Source: Lytechinus pictus | Lineage: Eukaryota | NCBI RefSeq assembly: GCF_037042905.1 | Contig: NC_087248.1 | Span: 23,374,001 to 23,438,000 of the forward strand | DNA length: 64,000 nucleotides | Reading direction: 5' to 3' | Part shown: one piece after another, positions 49,907 to 62,000 of the stretch | Numbering within the stretch: position 1 is the first letter of the stretch | Layout of the letters: each line of letters begins with the position of its first letter | Notes under the pieces: model-generated | What the model was told of the DNA's origin: nothing | The model's input: only the letters and a program-made list of their open reading frames with translations | The model's database searches: none | Program-made: the position numbers and the translations under genes

Positions 49907-52900
49907 GACAATTTCTTGTCTCTCTAGAGTGGTCTTTGTAAACAAAACTCAGCGCATTTCAATCAGAATCCAATCATTTCTAAACACTAACAAACCTACA
50001 GAATCTACCTGATTGTTTCATATCTAACTAAGACAGAATATGCCAGAAATGGGCAAGGGTGCATTATCTCTGTAAAGGTAGTACTGTATAGGGGTCACAC
50101 TACGTTAGCTGTACAAAATTTGAAAATGGCAAAGAATTCAAACACATTTCAGTTTTGCGATGTATACCCAAATACATTATCTTTCTGAATGATGAACCAT
50201 GTGACAAATCTATAGCAGTCTATCTGGACAGAGCAATACCATCGTGCTACACCACATGAAATGACCGCATATGGGTTAAAGATATAACTCTATCAACCAC
50301 AGGGAAGTCTTTCATGAAGACTTTTTCTCAGTGATTTTCTCCGACGGATGTTACAAGCTACTGCAAATCCTTGCATGTGATTGGCTGAGAGGAACTTAGT
50401 TGGTGAAAATCAGTGATCGAACCCTTCATGAAGTGCTCCACGAGAGAACATTTCATATGTGTCTGGCATTTCTCCATTCTGATTGGCTGAGGGGCACAAG
50501 AGTCTGATTGTTACTATGGTTACTGTCCGACAAAACAGATTAGTCAGATAAAATGTCCTTTTTAAAGTCCTTTTATGAAACACTCCCCATGCAAGTGTGG
50601 TCAACTCTAACAGTAACACTCTGATTGACAGAATCATTTCCGAATCAATACCCGGCAAAAAGTTCTAAGCAATTTCCTTTGGAGACAGTGTTCCTCCTCC
50701 CTCAATAATCCCTCACTTGGTAGCATCAGCTTATGATGACATCAATTAGCACTTTTCAAAGCCAACTCCATTGCCACCAACGCTGTTCCTCCGTTCCTCG
50801 CCAAACATTCTCAAAACATTTTGAAGCATCATGAGCTCTCTCCTCCGAGTCCTCCCGAAGAACATGATACACCTGTAATCCTCACCAATCCATTATGAGC
50901 TGGGATGTGAGTGATCACAAATAAAAAGAGTCCCAAAACGCTGAAGAGCGTCGAAACAGCCTAAAACTGAAAAAGCTCCCATACTTTTCGACAGAGGAAA
51001 GCTAAAATAAGCTAATTTAGCAGAAAATCAAATCCCCCAAAAGGTGAAATTTGCTAAAAAGCTGAACTCTCACACCCCTTACTATGACTGCCTCTTTTCT
51101 ACATTCTTCACATTGATGTACGCCGCTTCTGTCCTCGGCGATTATCATCCCGTACCTCAGCAGTTCCTCCCATCACACTTTCTCTCATGTTGTTGTTTGG
51201 TGAGGACGGCAGGGCCTGACAAACAGTTGTCTTATCTCATGAGCTGAGAGGACATTAGACTAAACAGATCAGGAGGAGAGAGGGGGGAGGGGGGGGGGAA
51301 ATCGGAGCAATTATTCAAAACACTCTTTATCTTTCCTCCGAGGGACACCTAAAGCTTTTCTCGTTAAACATATCACCTATTTGTCGTTCTATCTACACGC
51401 TCTCCTTTCCTTTCTTCTTCCTTCTCGTACACCATCTTCTTCCTGAATCTCCATTCTTCTTAAACACAATCATCACCTAGTCATATCCCTTTAATATTCT
51501 ACTATCACTTCATCAATTTATCTTCCCACCCATTGTTCTTTTCTCCTCATTCTAACATTCAACTTTATTCTGTCACTATCAATTCATCTTCTATTCCATT
51601 TTTCTTCTTTTCATGTTAGTTTATTTTTTCAAAAAAAGATTACTTGCTCTCCATCAATTCGCCCTCGTCTCCCCGCCCCCTTCCATTAAATTTTCTCTTT
51701 TTTCTTTAATTGAACTTTGAAAAAAATACAAACCCCTAAAAAAAGTTTGGAAATCTGAGTCTGGCCATTTATTTCTCCAAACTCCCAATTTTACACAATG
51801 CATGTTTGATATCATTCAAAAGATCATTTAATTCTCTTAAAATAATACCATGCTTGTTATGATCATGCCGTCACGAAAAGAGCAGGATTCAAAAGTGTTG
51901 GATGAGGTCTGAATTGTAAAGCTGCAAAACGAGCAGAAATAGTCATGAAGGGTCAATAAAGAACATGATTCTTTTGTCTGTGTCAATAGAGATGAAAATC
52001 TATTCAAATCAAGCCCCTGCTTCTTAATGTTTTGTTGTGATTTATCTAGTGAAGGTTTGAGTCGAGGTATGAAATACCCATGCATACCGGGTATTTGTTT
52101 GTTATGTGTTTGCTAGTGCAGAAGTGTGTTTGATTCCATGTTAATGTTGATGTTAAGGTGCAGGAAAAAAAAGAAACCGCTGAGAAACTCACTCATCACC
52201 ACGAAAAAAGAACAGTGATTTTCAATATTGTGTCACTTTGCAATTTTATAATTTTGACCTTGCCCCACATTTCAAGGGACTGCACCTCCATGTGAACCAT
52301 AATCATATCATGTAGGATATCGTTTTAAAGAGAATTAAATGATCTATTCATTGGTATCAATCACACATTAATATTTACTAAAACCGAGGAGGGATTATCG
52401 ATCAAAGTCAGATTTTCAAACTTTTTTTTTAGGAGTTTATACTTCCAACTTCCCATCCTCACCCTCAATTTCTCGCTACAACTCATACCAGGGGAGCATT
52501 TCATGAAAAGCTTTTCAATGAGTTTATCTTAAAACTGTTATAAGCTACTGAAATCCTTGCATCTGATTGGCTGTAAGAACAAACTAGTCAGTGAATATCA
52601 CTCACAAAATTCTTCATGAAATGCACCCCACACCATTGTGTTTTGGGTGTTTTTTTTTGTAAAGTAGAGTTAATAAAATCCAGCAGATTTTATACAAATG
52701 AATTACATGGAAAGGAGAAAAGTTAAACATGACTTTTGTGATGAATCCAACTATCTATTAACACATTAACAAACAGCATTCAAAAGGCTACTTACACAAA
52801 AACAGCAAGAGTTTGAAAGAACTGCCAACGTCTTCACAGGAATTTAGAGGAATTGCCAAAATGCATGATTTTAAGATTTCAGAAACGATGTACAGGAGTT

Positions 52901-53191
52901 CGAAGGAGCTGCCAAATCCATGATTTGATGAATTCGCAACACAAATCTTTGATAGATTGACTGCAGTAACCTGAACTTCTCACGAAACTAATTATTGAGG
53001 AGAGCACCAACGACAGATAGGGGAGGGGCGGGTGCAGTCTCCAGAGCTACAACTTTCCATAGATCCAGTACATGGAGGTATCATGTGGCTACCATTGAGT
53101 GAATAAATGCAACTTGAAATTTCCAACATATTTGCAAATTTCCTCCAGTCATTACTTTTAGGCAAAGCCAGGCAACAATATTAACTGTCAA

Positions 53192-53510
53192 CAGGGTTCC
53201 CACAGAAATTTGAAAACAGAATTCCATGACTTTTCCATGACTAAATTGCTGCTTTCCATGGCTTTCCGTGACGTCCCCGGAATTATGTAGAATTTGGGAT
53301 GTCACAAAATTGGAAAAAATGGAAATCGTGAACACCAATCATAATAGCAGAGTATGAGTGTTGCGAGACACGACAAACTGGAAAGCTGCCATAGCCAAGA
53401 GGTAAATGCAATTCCATGACTTTTCCTTGAATTTTCACAAATTTTCCAAATTCCCTGACTTTCCATGACCACAAATTTTTCCAGGATTTTCCATGACTGT
53501 GGGAACGCTG
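53192..53510. mobile_element. MITE with 6-bp target duplication
   Basis: TIR cagggttcccacag / ctgtgggaacgctg, tgtcaa on both flanks, internal ttccatgac repeats. Confidence 0.85.
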
Positions 53511-56500
53511 TGTCAAGTAATTATGGAATACAAATTTCTATCTAACAAAGGTCTGGTATAAGGTTAACCAACTCTAAAGTTGACAAACTGGATTACTTAT
53601 AAATCCCATAGAAATACTAAAGAGACATTTCCAAAGCGCTACCTGATGCCAGAAGAATACTCGATGACTCCCGAGCGAGCGTAACCCACCCAAGCCAGGT
53701 ACATATAAGTAGAAACATAAAACAAGAATTTTGAAGTAGTGACATCAGCGTAAGGAGCTCTTTCCCCTCAATCTGTTGTGACAATATTTTCATGAAATCT
53801 ATCCTCTCTCATCTTGGATTATAACTAGGAAAAAAAAATCAGAGAGGTAGCCTTGACTCTGGATGTCATTTAATATTCACATATCACCATGGCAACGGAA
53901 CACTGTCCTCCAAGGTGGAATTTAGCCTTCATGTAAGGAGCACAAGCAAGAGGTGTAAATTGCTTACTATATTGTGCTTGGTAATTTATTTTTTCTTTTC
54001 ATCTTGTCTGACCTAGAATGCAGAATTTGAAGAAAGTTTCACCAAAAAAAAGACAGCTGTATGAACTGAAAATAAAGAGATACTAAACTCAATCCAAATT
54101 TCACATATAATGACCCACTTTCTTGAATTGATCATTAAAGCTATGTGGTTTAAATGCACTGTTAATTGAAAATGAAGATAGGAACCTTTCATCGATATCA
54201 AGTTTGCCAAGTTCATACAAACACAAATGTATGAGAGCAAAGTTGATGCACATGTATCCAATGAGTGGAACACTACGTGTAGTCTCAACACCATGTGTCC
54301 ACTTCAAAAAAATAAGGTACATTTTTTTTTTCTTTTATGAAAAATTCTCTCCAGCAAAATAGTACCCACTGAGGTTTCTAACACCTAACGTCAAGTCCAT
54401 ACACTGTAGCAAATTTGTAGCAAATTTGGGTGTTAAAACAGACACCGGGGGATGTTTCACAAAGATTTATATATGCCTTAGAGCTGCACTTAAATGCCTA
54501 GTTCCGTGCAGTATAAAAGGCAAAAGCGGATTGGTCAGATCATGTGACGCGCACTACTGCGTATTGATCAATATCGCACGTTGCATATCAAGTATGCATC
54601 AGGATTTGAGTGCGAGTCATACCTACATCTATATGAAACACCCCCCCTCCGTTGATTTCCATGGAGCACCAAACACTGAAGTGTAGCAATTACACCCTAG
54701 AGTTAAAACAAAACACCACAGAGTGTTAAAGTAATGACCACAGGTGTTGTAATGACACCCATGGGTGCTGGACTGACACCACCAATCTAGCTCCGGAGTT
54801 AAGGGACTGGTGTGGTCCCTGATGTACACAATTAACACCACAGCTCTCGCTGTATATAAAAGGTCATTCAAGTATTAACGTCGACAATTGGTTACAATAA
54901 AGATAAAACAATGCCTTCTCCCAGTCATATTACACTGACAGCATAATCAAAATGAAAAAAAAAATAGACAAAGTTATCTCTGGAAGGAAATACCGAACTG
55001 AAAATTAGAGCCCTAGCTCAGTGGCGACAAATCCTGTAATTCCCAACGGGCAAACAATGAAGCAAAACAATCCTTATGCTCATGAAGCAACAACACAGAT
55101 ACATCGAGTGTTCACAGAAATCCACAGACCAAGTACCTCCCGAACGATTACAAAGTTTGGAGTCGGTGCAGGCCTATCCTCTTCCAGTCGCCGCTATGAA
55201 ATTCAACTGAGCGTTCGAAAGAGGAAGTGAACTTACACAAAGGCAAAGACAACCTTACCATCAAAAGGAGACAGGGAGGGGAAAGAATAAATTGAGAGGA
55301 GGTTCTCCCTTTTATTTGTGTCGTAACACTTCAGCCCGGGAGAGGAGCCAGAGGGTCCGTTCTGAAGAGTTACGGCAGTCTTGATTTATATTGCAGCTCG
55401 GCATCCACATGCGGTTCTTGACACGGTGTATTCATTACCACCCCAAGATGAAAACCACCACACAAACAAATCTAACAGAAAATAGAGCGAATATTATTAA
55501 ACAGAGGAAACAATACTTGAGAGTAGGATAAGGAATTTCGTCTTGGGAGAAAAGAACAAAAGTCTTTTCCTCGTGGGAGTATGAAATAACTTGATTTCCA
55601 CATCAGCTAGCCATATAAGATTGTGATTAAAAGAAACACGGAGCACTAACAAAAACTCCATCCCCTTGATTGGGCGTCATGACCGTATATTTAATATCGG
55701 AAGGGCTAACCCTAAAGCATATTTTTCCTTTTTTTGAGAGAGAGAGAGGATGTGGGTTTATTGAGTCGGTACACCACACGCACCCCCCGATATCACTTCC
55801 AGTGCGCTTTTTGTCCTCGGTTACCCTAGGGCATTTTTTCCATCGAAGGAATCATCTCATTCATGCTGATTAGCTGGAGTTTTGGAAGATGCCCTGACAA
55901 TGTTCTATTTCGTTGGAAATAAAGAAAAATACCATCGCAGATAGGCATGCACTCCACGTCAAATGACAGGCACTCGTCGGCTCTGAAGTGGTTTCCAATT
56001 CCTGTTGAGTTTGCTGAAGGTTTCCGTTGATTGAATTTATGATTCCATAGCAAAACAGGAATTGAGAGAAAAAATATTATGATATTGAACAACATTTTTG
56101 TGTTGTAAACTCCTTTACCATTGCACATCACCCACAATGCACTTCTTCAATGATGTAAACACCATTTCCAAGTTTTCCATCTTGAGATGAAAGAAATTCC
56201 TCACAAAGTCCAGTCTCAATACTTACAAAATATGTTATATAGCAAAAAAAACAATATATGCTTCCTACAATTAATATGATAAAGAGAGAGAGAGGAAGTT
56301 TTTCATGACAGGGTCTCTGAATAGATCTCTAAATCAACAACCATTTCTAATCCGTGGGAAAGCAACTCTTCTGAGCTGCGTAAATCAGTGACGGAGTCCA
56401 GTGCTTCCAGTGTCCACTCTCTCTCTATCTCTCTAAGGTAGATGTGGAATAAGTCCAATGAAACAACTGCAAACAAATTACAATTTTAAAAACAATGCAC

Positions 56501-57721
56501 GCGAGTCACTTAAAGAAAGCAATCACACAAGGGCACAGGAAGTGGTACAAAACTGACTTCACAATGTTGGAGAAGAATCCTCTCTTTTTCAACGAAAAAG
56601 TACTTCTAAAAGCAATCGGCTAGTTTCCCTCATAACCGCTCCGACAAGGGCATAGAAAGGTGGTACCAAACTGTCTTTGCACTGCCACAAAAGAACCTTC
56701 TCTCAGAAAAGAAAAACGGCAATTAAAAAAACAACCTGCATAATCATTTCATAGAAAAAACTCCCACAATCGCACTTTCATGAGATCCGCATATTGAATA
56801 ACTTCCTTATTAAGCTCATCTGTTGCCGAGAGCAAGACGGTCGCTAACTTTATATCAGGATGTCTACGAGTCAATGCCCTTCTGGCATTCAGGTGATTTT
56901 ATCCTAGCAATTAGGAGCCTTCTCAGGAAGGACTTAATATCTCCTCTATGAATTATTTCTCATATTTTCCTCCCTGCATCAATAATCCACTTTGATTTCC
57001 ACCTCAAATCAGTTAGGCAGTGGCGATATTAATAATTCTTTTCCCCTTCATGTGGCTTTTCTTTGGAGACACCGTAAACTGAGATTTTCTTATGAGCTGT
57101 CATAGCGGTTCAAAGTGGAAAAGCATTATAAGAATAGAAGGTTTATAGGAGTTATATTATGTTATATTAATCGTCTAGAAGGGCTCGCTTTGAGAAGGTA
57201 TATAATCATTTTGGCAGACCATAATAGCTTCAGGCAACTTAGGGCAGGTGCTCATTTTTCTCATTATAGAAGAAAAGTGCTTCGACTGAGCTCCATAATT
57301 TTTTTTATCAACATGACACATTCATGTTCCCTTTCTCTCTCTCTCCTCCTCTCTTTCTCTCTCCCTTTGTACAAGTCTTTGAGACACTGAAAATGAACGT
57401 TGAGAAATGGTGCCAGAATCTGTCAAGAACTCTTAACCAATCACAATGAGAGAAGAGTTCCTATGAATCAGAAACAAGGACAGTAATAGTTCAGCACATT
57501 TCCAAAATGTCAAAGCAGCGTCTTTTCCCCATCGGAATCTGCAAAGCATCTTTTGATCACTCATACCTCAGTCACATTTCCTCTACGGCGGCTGTACCGA
57601 GGTATAATCTTCACATTTCGTCACGGACAAAACAATTGAAAATCTATGTACATGAAAGCCACTGTAAAAGACACTTAGCATCAGTAGTATGGGATACCAA
57701 GAGCTGCCAATTTTAATTGTG

Positions 57722-58902
57722 AACAAGTGGAACGCCTCTGGCAGTCTCGCCTGCATTACGCAATTTAATATAGCAGCAGTGCTAACTTTGAAAACTACTA
57801 TAAAATAATCATTCACAAAAACATCATTCATATAATGACATAATACCACGTTCATTGACCATAAATGACATTTGAACGGAGACTTAAGACTGTCAACTAC
57901 ACCCATGTCCACATTTCATTCACTCTATCCATAAACTTTCAAAGTTATGATGGCACTTCAACAACATGGCCTAAGTTTATTGACCTTAACTGACCTTTGA
58001 CTTGGTTTTGTGACCTGAAACTCACAGGGGATGTTCAGTGATGCTTGATTACTCTTATATCCCAAGTTTTATGAACTAGATCCATCAACTTTCAGAGTTA
58101 GGATGGTAATTTAACATATACCCCCAACACGGCCAAAGTTCATTGACCTTAAATGACCATTGACCATTGACAATGGTCATGTGACCTGAAACTCGCACAG
58201 GATATTCAGTGGTACTAGATTAACCTAATGTCCAAGTTTCATGAACTAAATCCATAAATTTTCAAAGTTATGATGGTAATTCAACAAATACCCCCAACTT
58301 GGCCAAAGTTCATTGAACCTAAATGACCTTTGACCTTGGTCATGTGACCTGAAACTCAGGCAGGATGTTCACTAATACTTGATTAACCTTATGTCCAAGT
58401 TTCATGGACTAGATCCATAAATTTTCAAAGTTATGATAGTAATTCAACAAATACCCCCAACTTGACCAAAGTTCATTGACCCTAAATGACCTTTGACCTT
58501 GGTCACGTGACCTGAAACTCGAGCAGGATGTTCACTAATACTAGATTAACCTTATGCCCAAGTTTCATGAACTAGGTCCATATACTTTCTAAGTTATGAT
58601 GTCATTTCAAAAACTTAACCTTCGGTTAAGATTTTGAAAATAATTTTCCCAACATGGTCTAAGTTCATTGACCCTAAATGACCTTTGACCTTGGTCATGT
58701 GACCTGAAACTCAGGCAGGATGTTCAGTAATACTTGATTAACCTTATGTCCAAGTTTCATGAACTAGGTCCATATACTTTTTAAGTTATGATGTCATTTC
58801 AAAAACTTAACCTTAGGTTAAGATTTGATGTTGCCGCCGCCGCCGCCGCCGTCGGAAAAGCGGCGCCTATAGTCTCGCTCTGCTATGCAGGCGAGACAAA
58901 AA
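57722..58902 (+). mobile_element. Helentron/HINE-like non-autonomous element with internal tandem repeats
   Basis: 5' aacaag start. Subterminal inverted repeat gtctcgcctgcat / atgcaggcgagac. 3' hairpin gtctcgc...gcgagac followed by aaaaa. (GCC)n microsatellite. Five ~163-192-bp units containing tgacctttgaccttggtcatgtgacctgaaactc. Confidence 0.8.
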
Positions 58903-61862
58903 TCCTAGTCTTTATTTCTTTTTATCCTATTTTCAAGTCCCAACTAAAATCCTATTTTTCTTAAAAATTTTGAAAAATATACCCAAAATCATCATTCGTT
59001 TAAAAGATCCTATTTTGGGGGGAAATCCATTTTAGCGTCATGTTCCCCTTAAAATTCCTACTACATATGACAAGATCCTACTAAATGGCAGCTTTGGATA
59101 CCGCATAAAAGGTATCGCACAGACTTCGACCCCGATGCCTACACCTAAAAGGTTTTGTTGACCAAAAAATTTCTTAACACTAGTGCATGGGCATGGGAAA
59201 ATGGCAATACACTTTAGTATAATAATTACACCTGTCCTTATCGGTGTCCACGGAATTGTTTCAAAACTTAGAAGGGGGGGGGGGGGGCTGCCCCTGAAAA
59301 TAAATACTTGCATTACCTGTTAATGCTCTTAAATAAGGCAGCATGATTACACTGGCTTTAGCAAAGCAGCTGTTATGCAGCAATATTATGGAATAACATT
59401 TTACTGGTTAAAAAAAGCTGGAATACATGTATGGACCCATGACCCACTTTTTAATAGACACGAGGAAGAGAGTAATTTATTATGTTAATCTTTTTGGATA
59501 ATTGCTTGTTATTTGATTTGCAGCTGCTATTGATGTGTTTTGTTTTTTTCTGGTTTGTTTTTTCATTTAAAAGGTATTGATAGAAGGCATAACAATTCAG
59601 TGAGTAAATACAATAGAGCATGGTTATACAGTTCATACTGAATGTTTGCTATATATGCAATGATAATCCATCAAAGTGTTTTTTTTATCCATATAAAGGA
59701 CAAACATTCTAAGAAAAGAAGGAAGAGGGGGTTCAAATCAAATCCTTCACATTGGACCATTTGCCCATCTTAAATTCCATAGCACAAATTTCCTGACAAC
59801 CAACTTTTGCCTTAAATTTTTTAGGGCTAGATGAGGATTATTAATCACCATCATATAAACCAACGGAATTGAAGCTTAAAGCTCTTAAAAAATATATAAA
59901 TAATAACATAATGAAACTCTTACTGAACCTGTTCAGCCGCATCAAAAATAGTAAACTTCTCACAGTTGTGACCTGGAATTAAAAGTGCTTCCTGCTCGGC
60001 TCTCATGCATCCACAATTATTTTTATTCAAACAAAAATAGGTCCAGGAGGACCCAAGCATCATTAGGCATTCCATAGATAGATTTAGAGTAGGTTAGTAT
60101 GATAAGCTACCTATATTGGAAGCGGCTTGGTAAATGCAATAATATCGGTTAGGTGCGACCGCTGAAAGTACAGTCGGTTAAGATAGATATTTACCAAGCC
60201 ATTAGGATAGGCTTCAAATTTTGATTTCGACGGATTCCTATGTGAGATTAATCTTTCCATACTAATAGTAGCATTATCATCTACTCTCATTCTTTCTATC
60301 TCTCTAAATTCTGTTTACCTTTTTTCTCTCCAATTCCTTTCTCTATTCTCATTTTGTCTCATCCTTCATTCTATTTATCTATCTTGCTTTACACTCTTTT
60401 CTTTTTAGTGCAAAGCATGACCCATGACATATGAATCATCTTGAACAGTTCATTGTAATTGCCAAAAATTACCATATGTAGTCACAACGTCACTTGATTT
60501 ATATTCACACATACACTGATTGCTGCGCTTCAAAGCAGCTACTTCTTAATATAGGAGGGTCTTGGGCACCTATCAATGAGGACCACGTGCATTATACAAA
60601 TATCCTAAATCAATAAAGAAAAAGATCAAGTTAGTTCAAACCCAAGCTAAAATTATTGAACATATTTCTACATTAAGATTAAGAAGCTAACTTGGACGCT
60701 ATAAAACTTTTAACCATGTACATCTCAGAAATAGAATTTTGAGATTCAGAGTACGGTTTCATTTTGCATGCTCTGTTTCGTCTTTTCTCAAATCATTATC
60801 CCCCTCCATTACCTCCTCTTAAAACTCTTACTATTACCTCCATCTTACTTTCTTTTTCATATATTATCGAAAACTCTTTACTTCTATTCCCCTATTTCGT
60901 TTCTTCTTTTAATATCTCCTCTTAAAACTCCATACTATCACTTGTTTCTTCTTTTAATATCTCCTCTTAAAACTCCACACTATCACTTGTTTCTCTGTCT
61001 GGCTTGTACGATCATCCCCCACAGATGGGATCACGACTCCGCACCACGCCGCCGTACACGGACGTTCAAATTCACCGCCGGTGCCACCGGAGACCAATAA
61101 TCAACCATTTGCCGGTGCCATCGGAGACCGATAATCCACCACTTGCCAGCTCAATCAATAGAGCTTGAGGATGACTTCAATCCTCCCATTCCCTTCTCTT
61201 GTTTCGTCCTGATCAAATTCCCAGCCAGTTAAAACTTGTATAATCCCACTCAACAAAGCCTAAGAGGGCTCCCTCTTCAAGGTGCCGTCACACCTTGGAG
61301 GTGTTTCATAAACCTGCTTGTAAAGTTACGCACGACCTTACGAACGACTGGAACATGTTCTTTGGTACTAAGCCATTCTCACCCAGGTGCTAATTGGGTA
61401 CCGGCAGGAAACAACCGTCATTGTGGTTGGTTTAGCAAGTTTGCGCCTAACAGGCTGCATGGAATGCTATGAATCCAGTGACCGGGTAATAATAATTGTG
61501 AAGCGCTTTGAACAGTCATAGATAGATAAAGCGCTATATAAATGCCAATTATTATTATTAATTATTATTATTAAGTCAGCTACATAGAGATATATCATTG
61601 ATTTAGCACAAAAAAGGGTCACCAGACGTACGTCATGTCATTCTTAAGCAACGGACAGCTATATGAAGCTCCCTCCTGGATCCTTTGGCCAGCGTATGCC
61701 GACACACGCAGTCGTTAATCCCAAATCTTAATATCAAGACTTGCACAAATAATTCCCCATACCAACAATTTGAATCCTCAATATCTTGTGTTGTAATCTA
61801 ACAAATTAAAACTAAAGCTAATAGCCAGACTTATATAGAGCCAGATAGAGCCAGATAATACA

Positions 61863-62000
61863 ACTTACTTACTTTATTACTGCCCTTTATGCCTCCAATG
61901 GCATGTAGGGCAGCAACAAATGTCCTCCACTTCTGTAGGTCCTGGGCCAATTTCTGTATAGTTCTCCATGTGTTCCTCAGGTTTTTCAGTTCTCCCTCTT
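61863..62000 (-). mobile_element. 5'-truncated RTE-clade LINE 3' end
   Basis: The peptide EGELKNLRNTWRTIQKLAQDLQKWRTFVAALHA resembles the RTE ORF C-terminus (W..I.KLAQ.R..WR.FV.AL) and is followed by a (GTAA)n tail. Confidence 0.75.

Noticed and set aside
49157-49945. His/Ser/Ile/Met homopolymer ORFs and ORFs through N runs
   Set aside because: Trinucleotide microsatellite and assembly-gap artefacts.
55231-55275. Minus-strand ATG|gtaagg and TGT|gtaagt donors
   Set aside because: Poor Kozak context and no other support. The region is kept only as a CpG-rich patch.
60110-60119. CArG box CCTATATTGG (SRF site, relevant to muscle genes)
   Set aside because: A single 10-mer of this degeneracy is expected by chance in 64 kb of AT-rich DNA.
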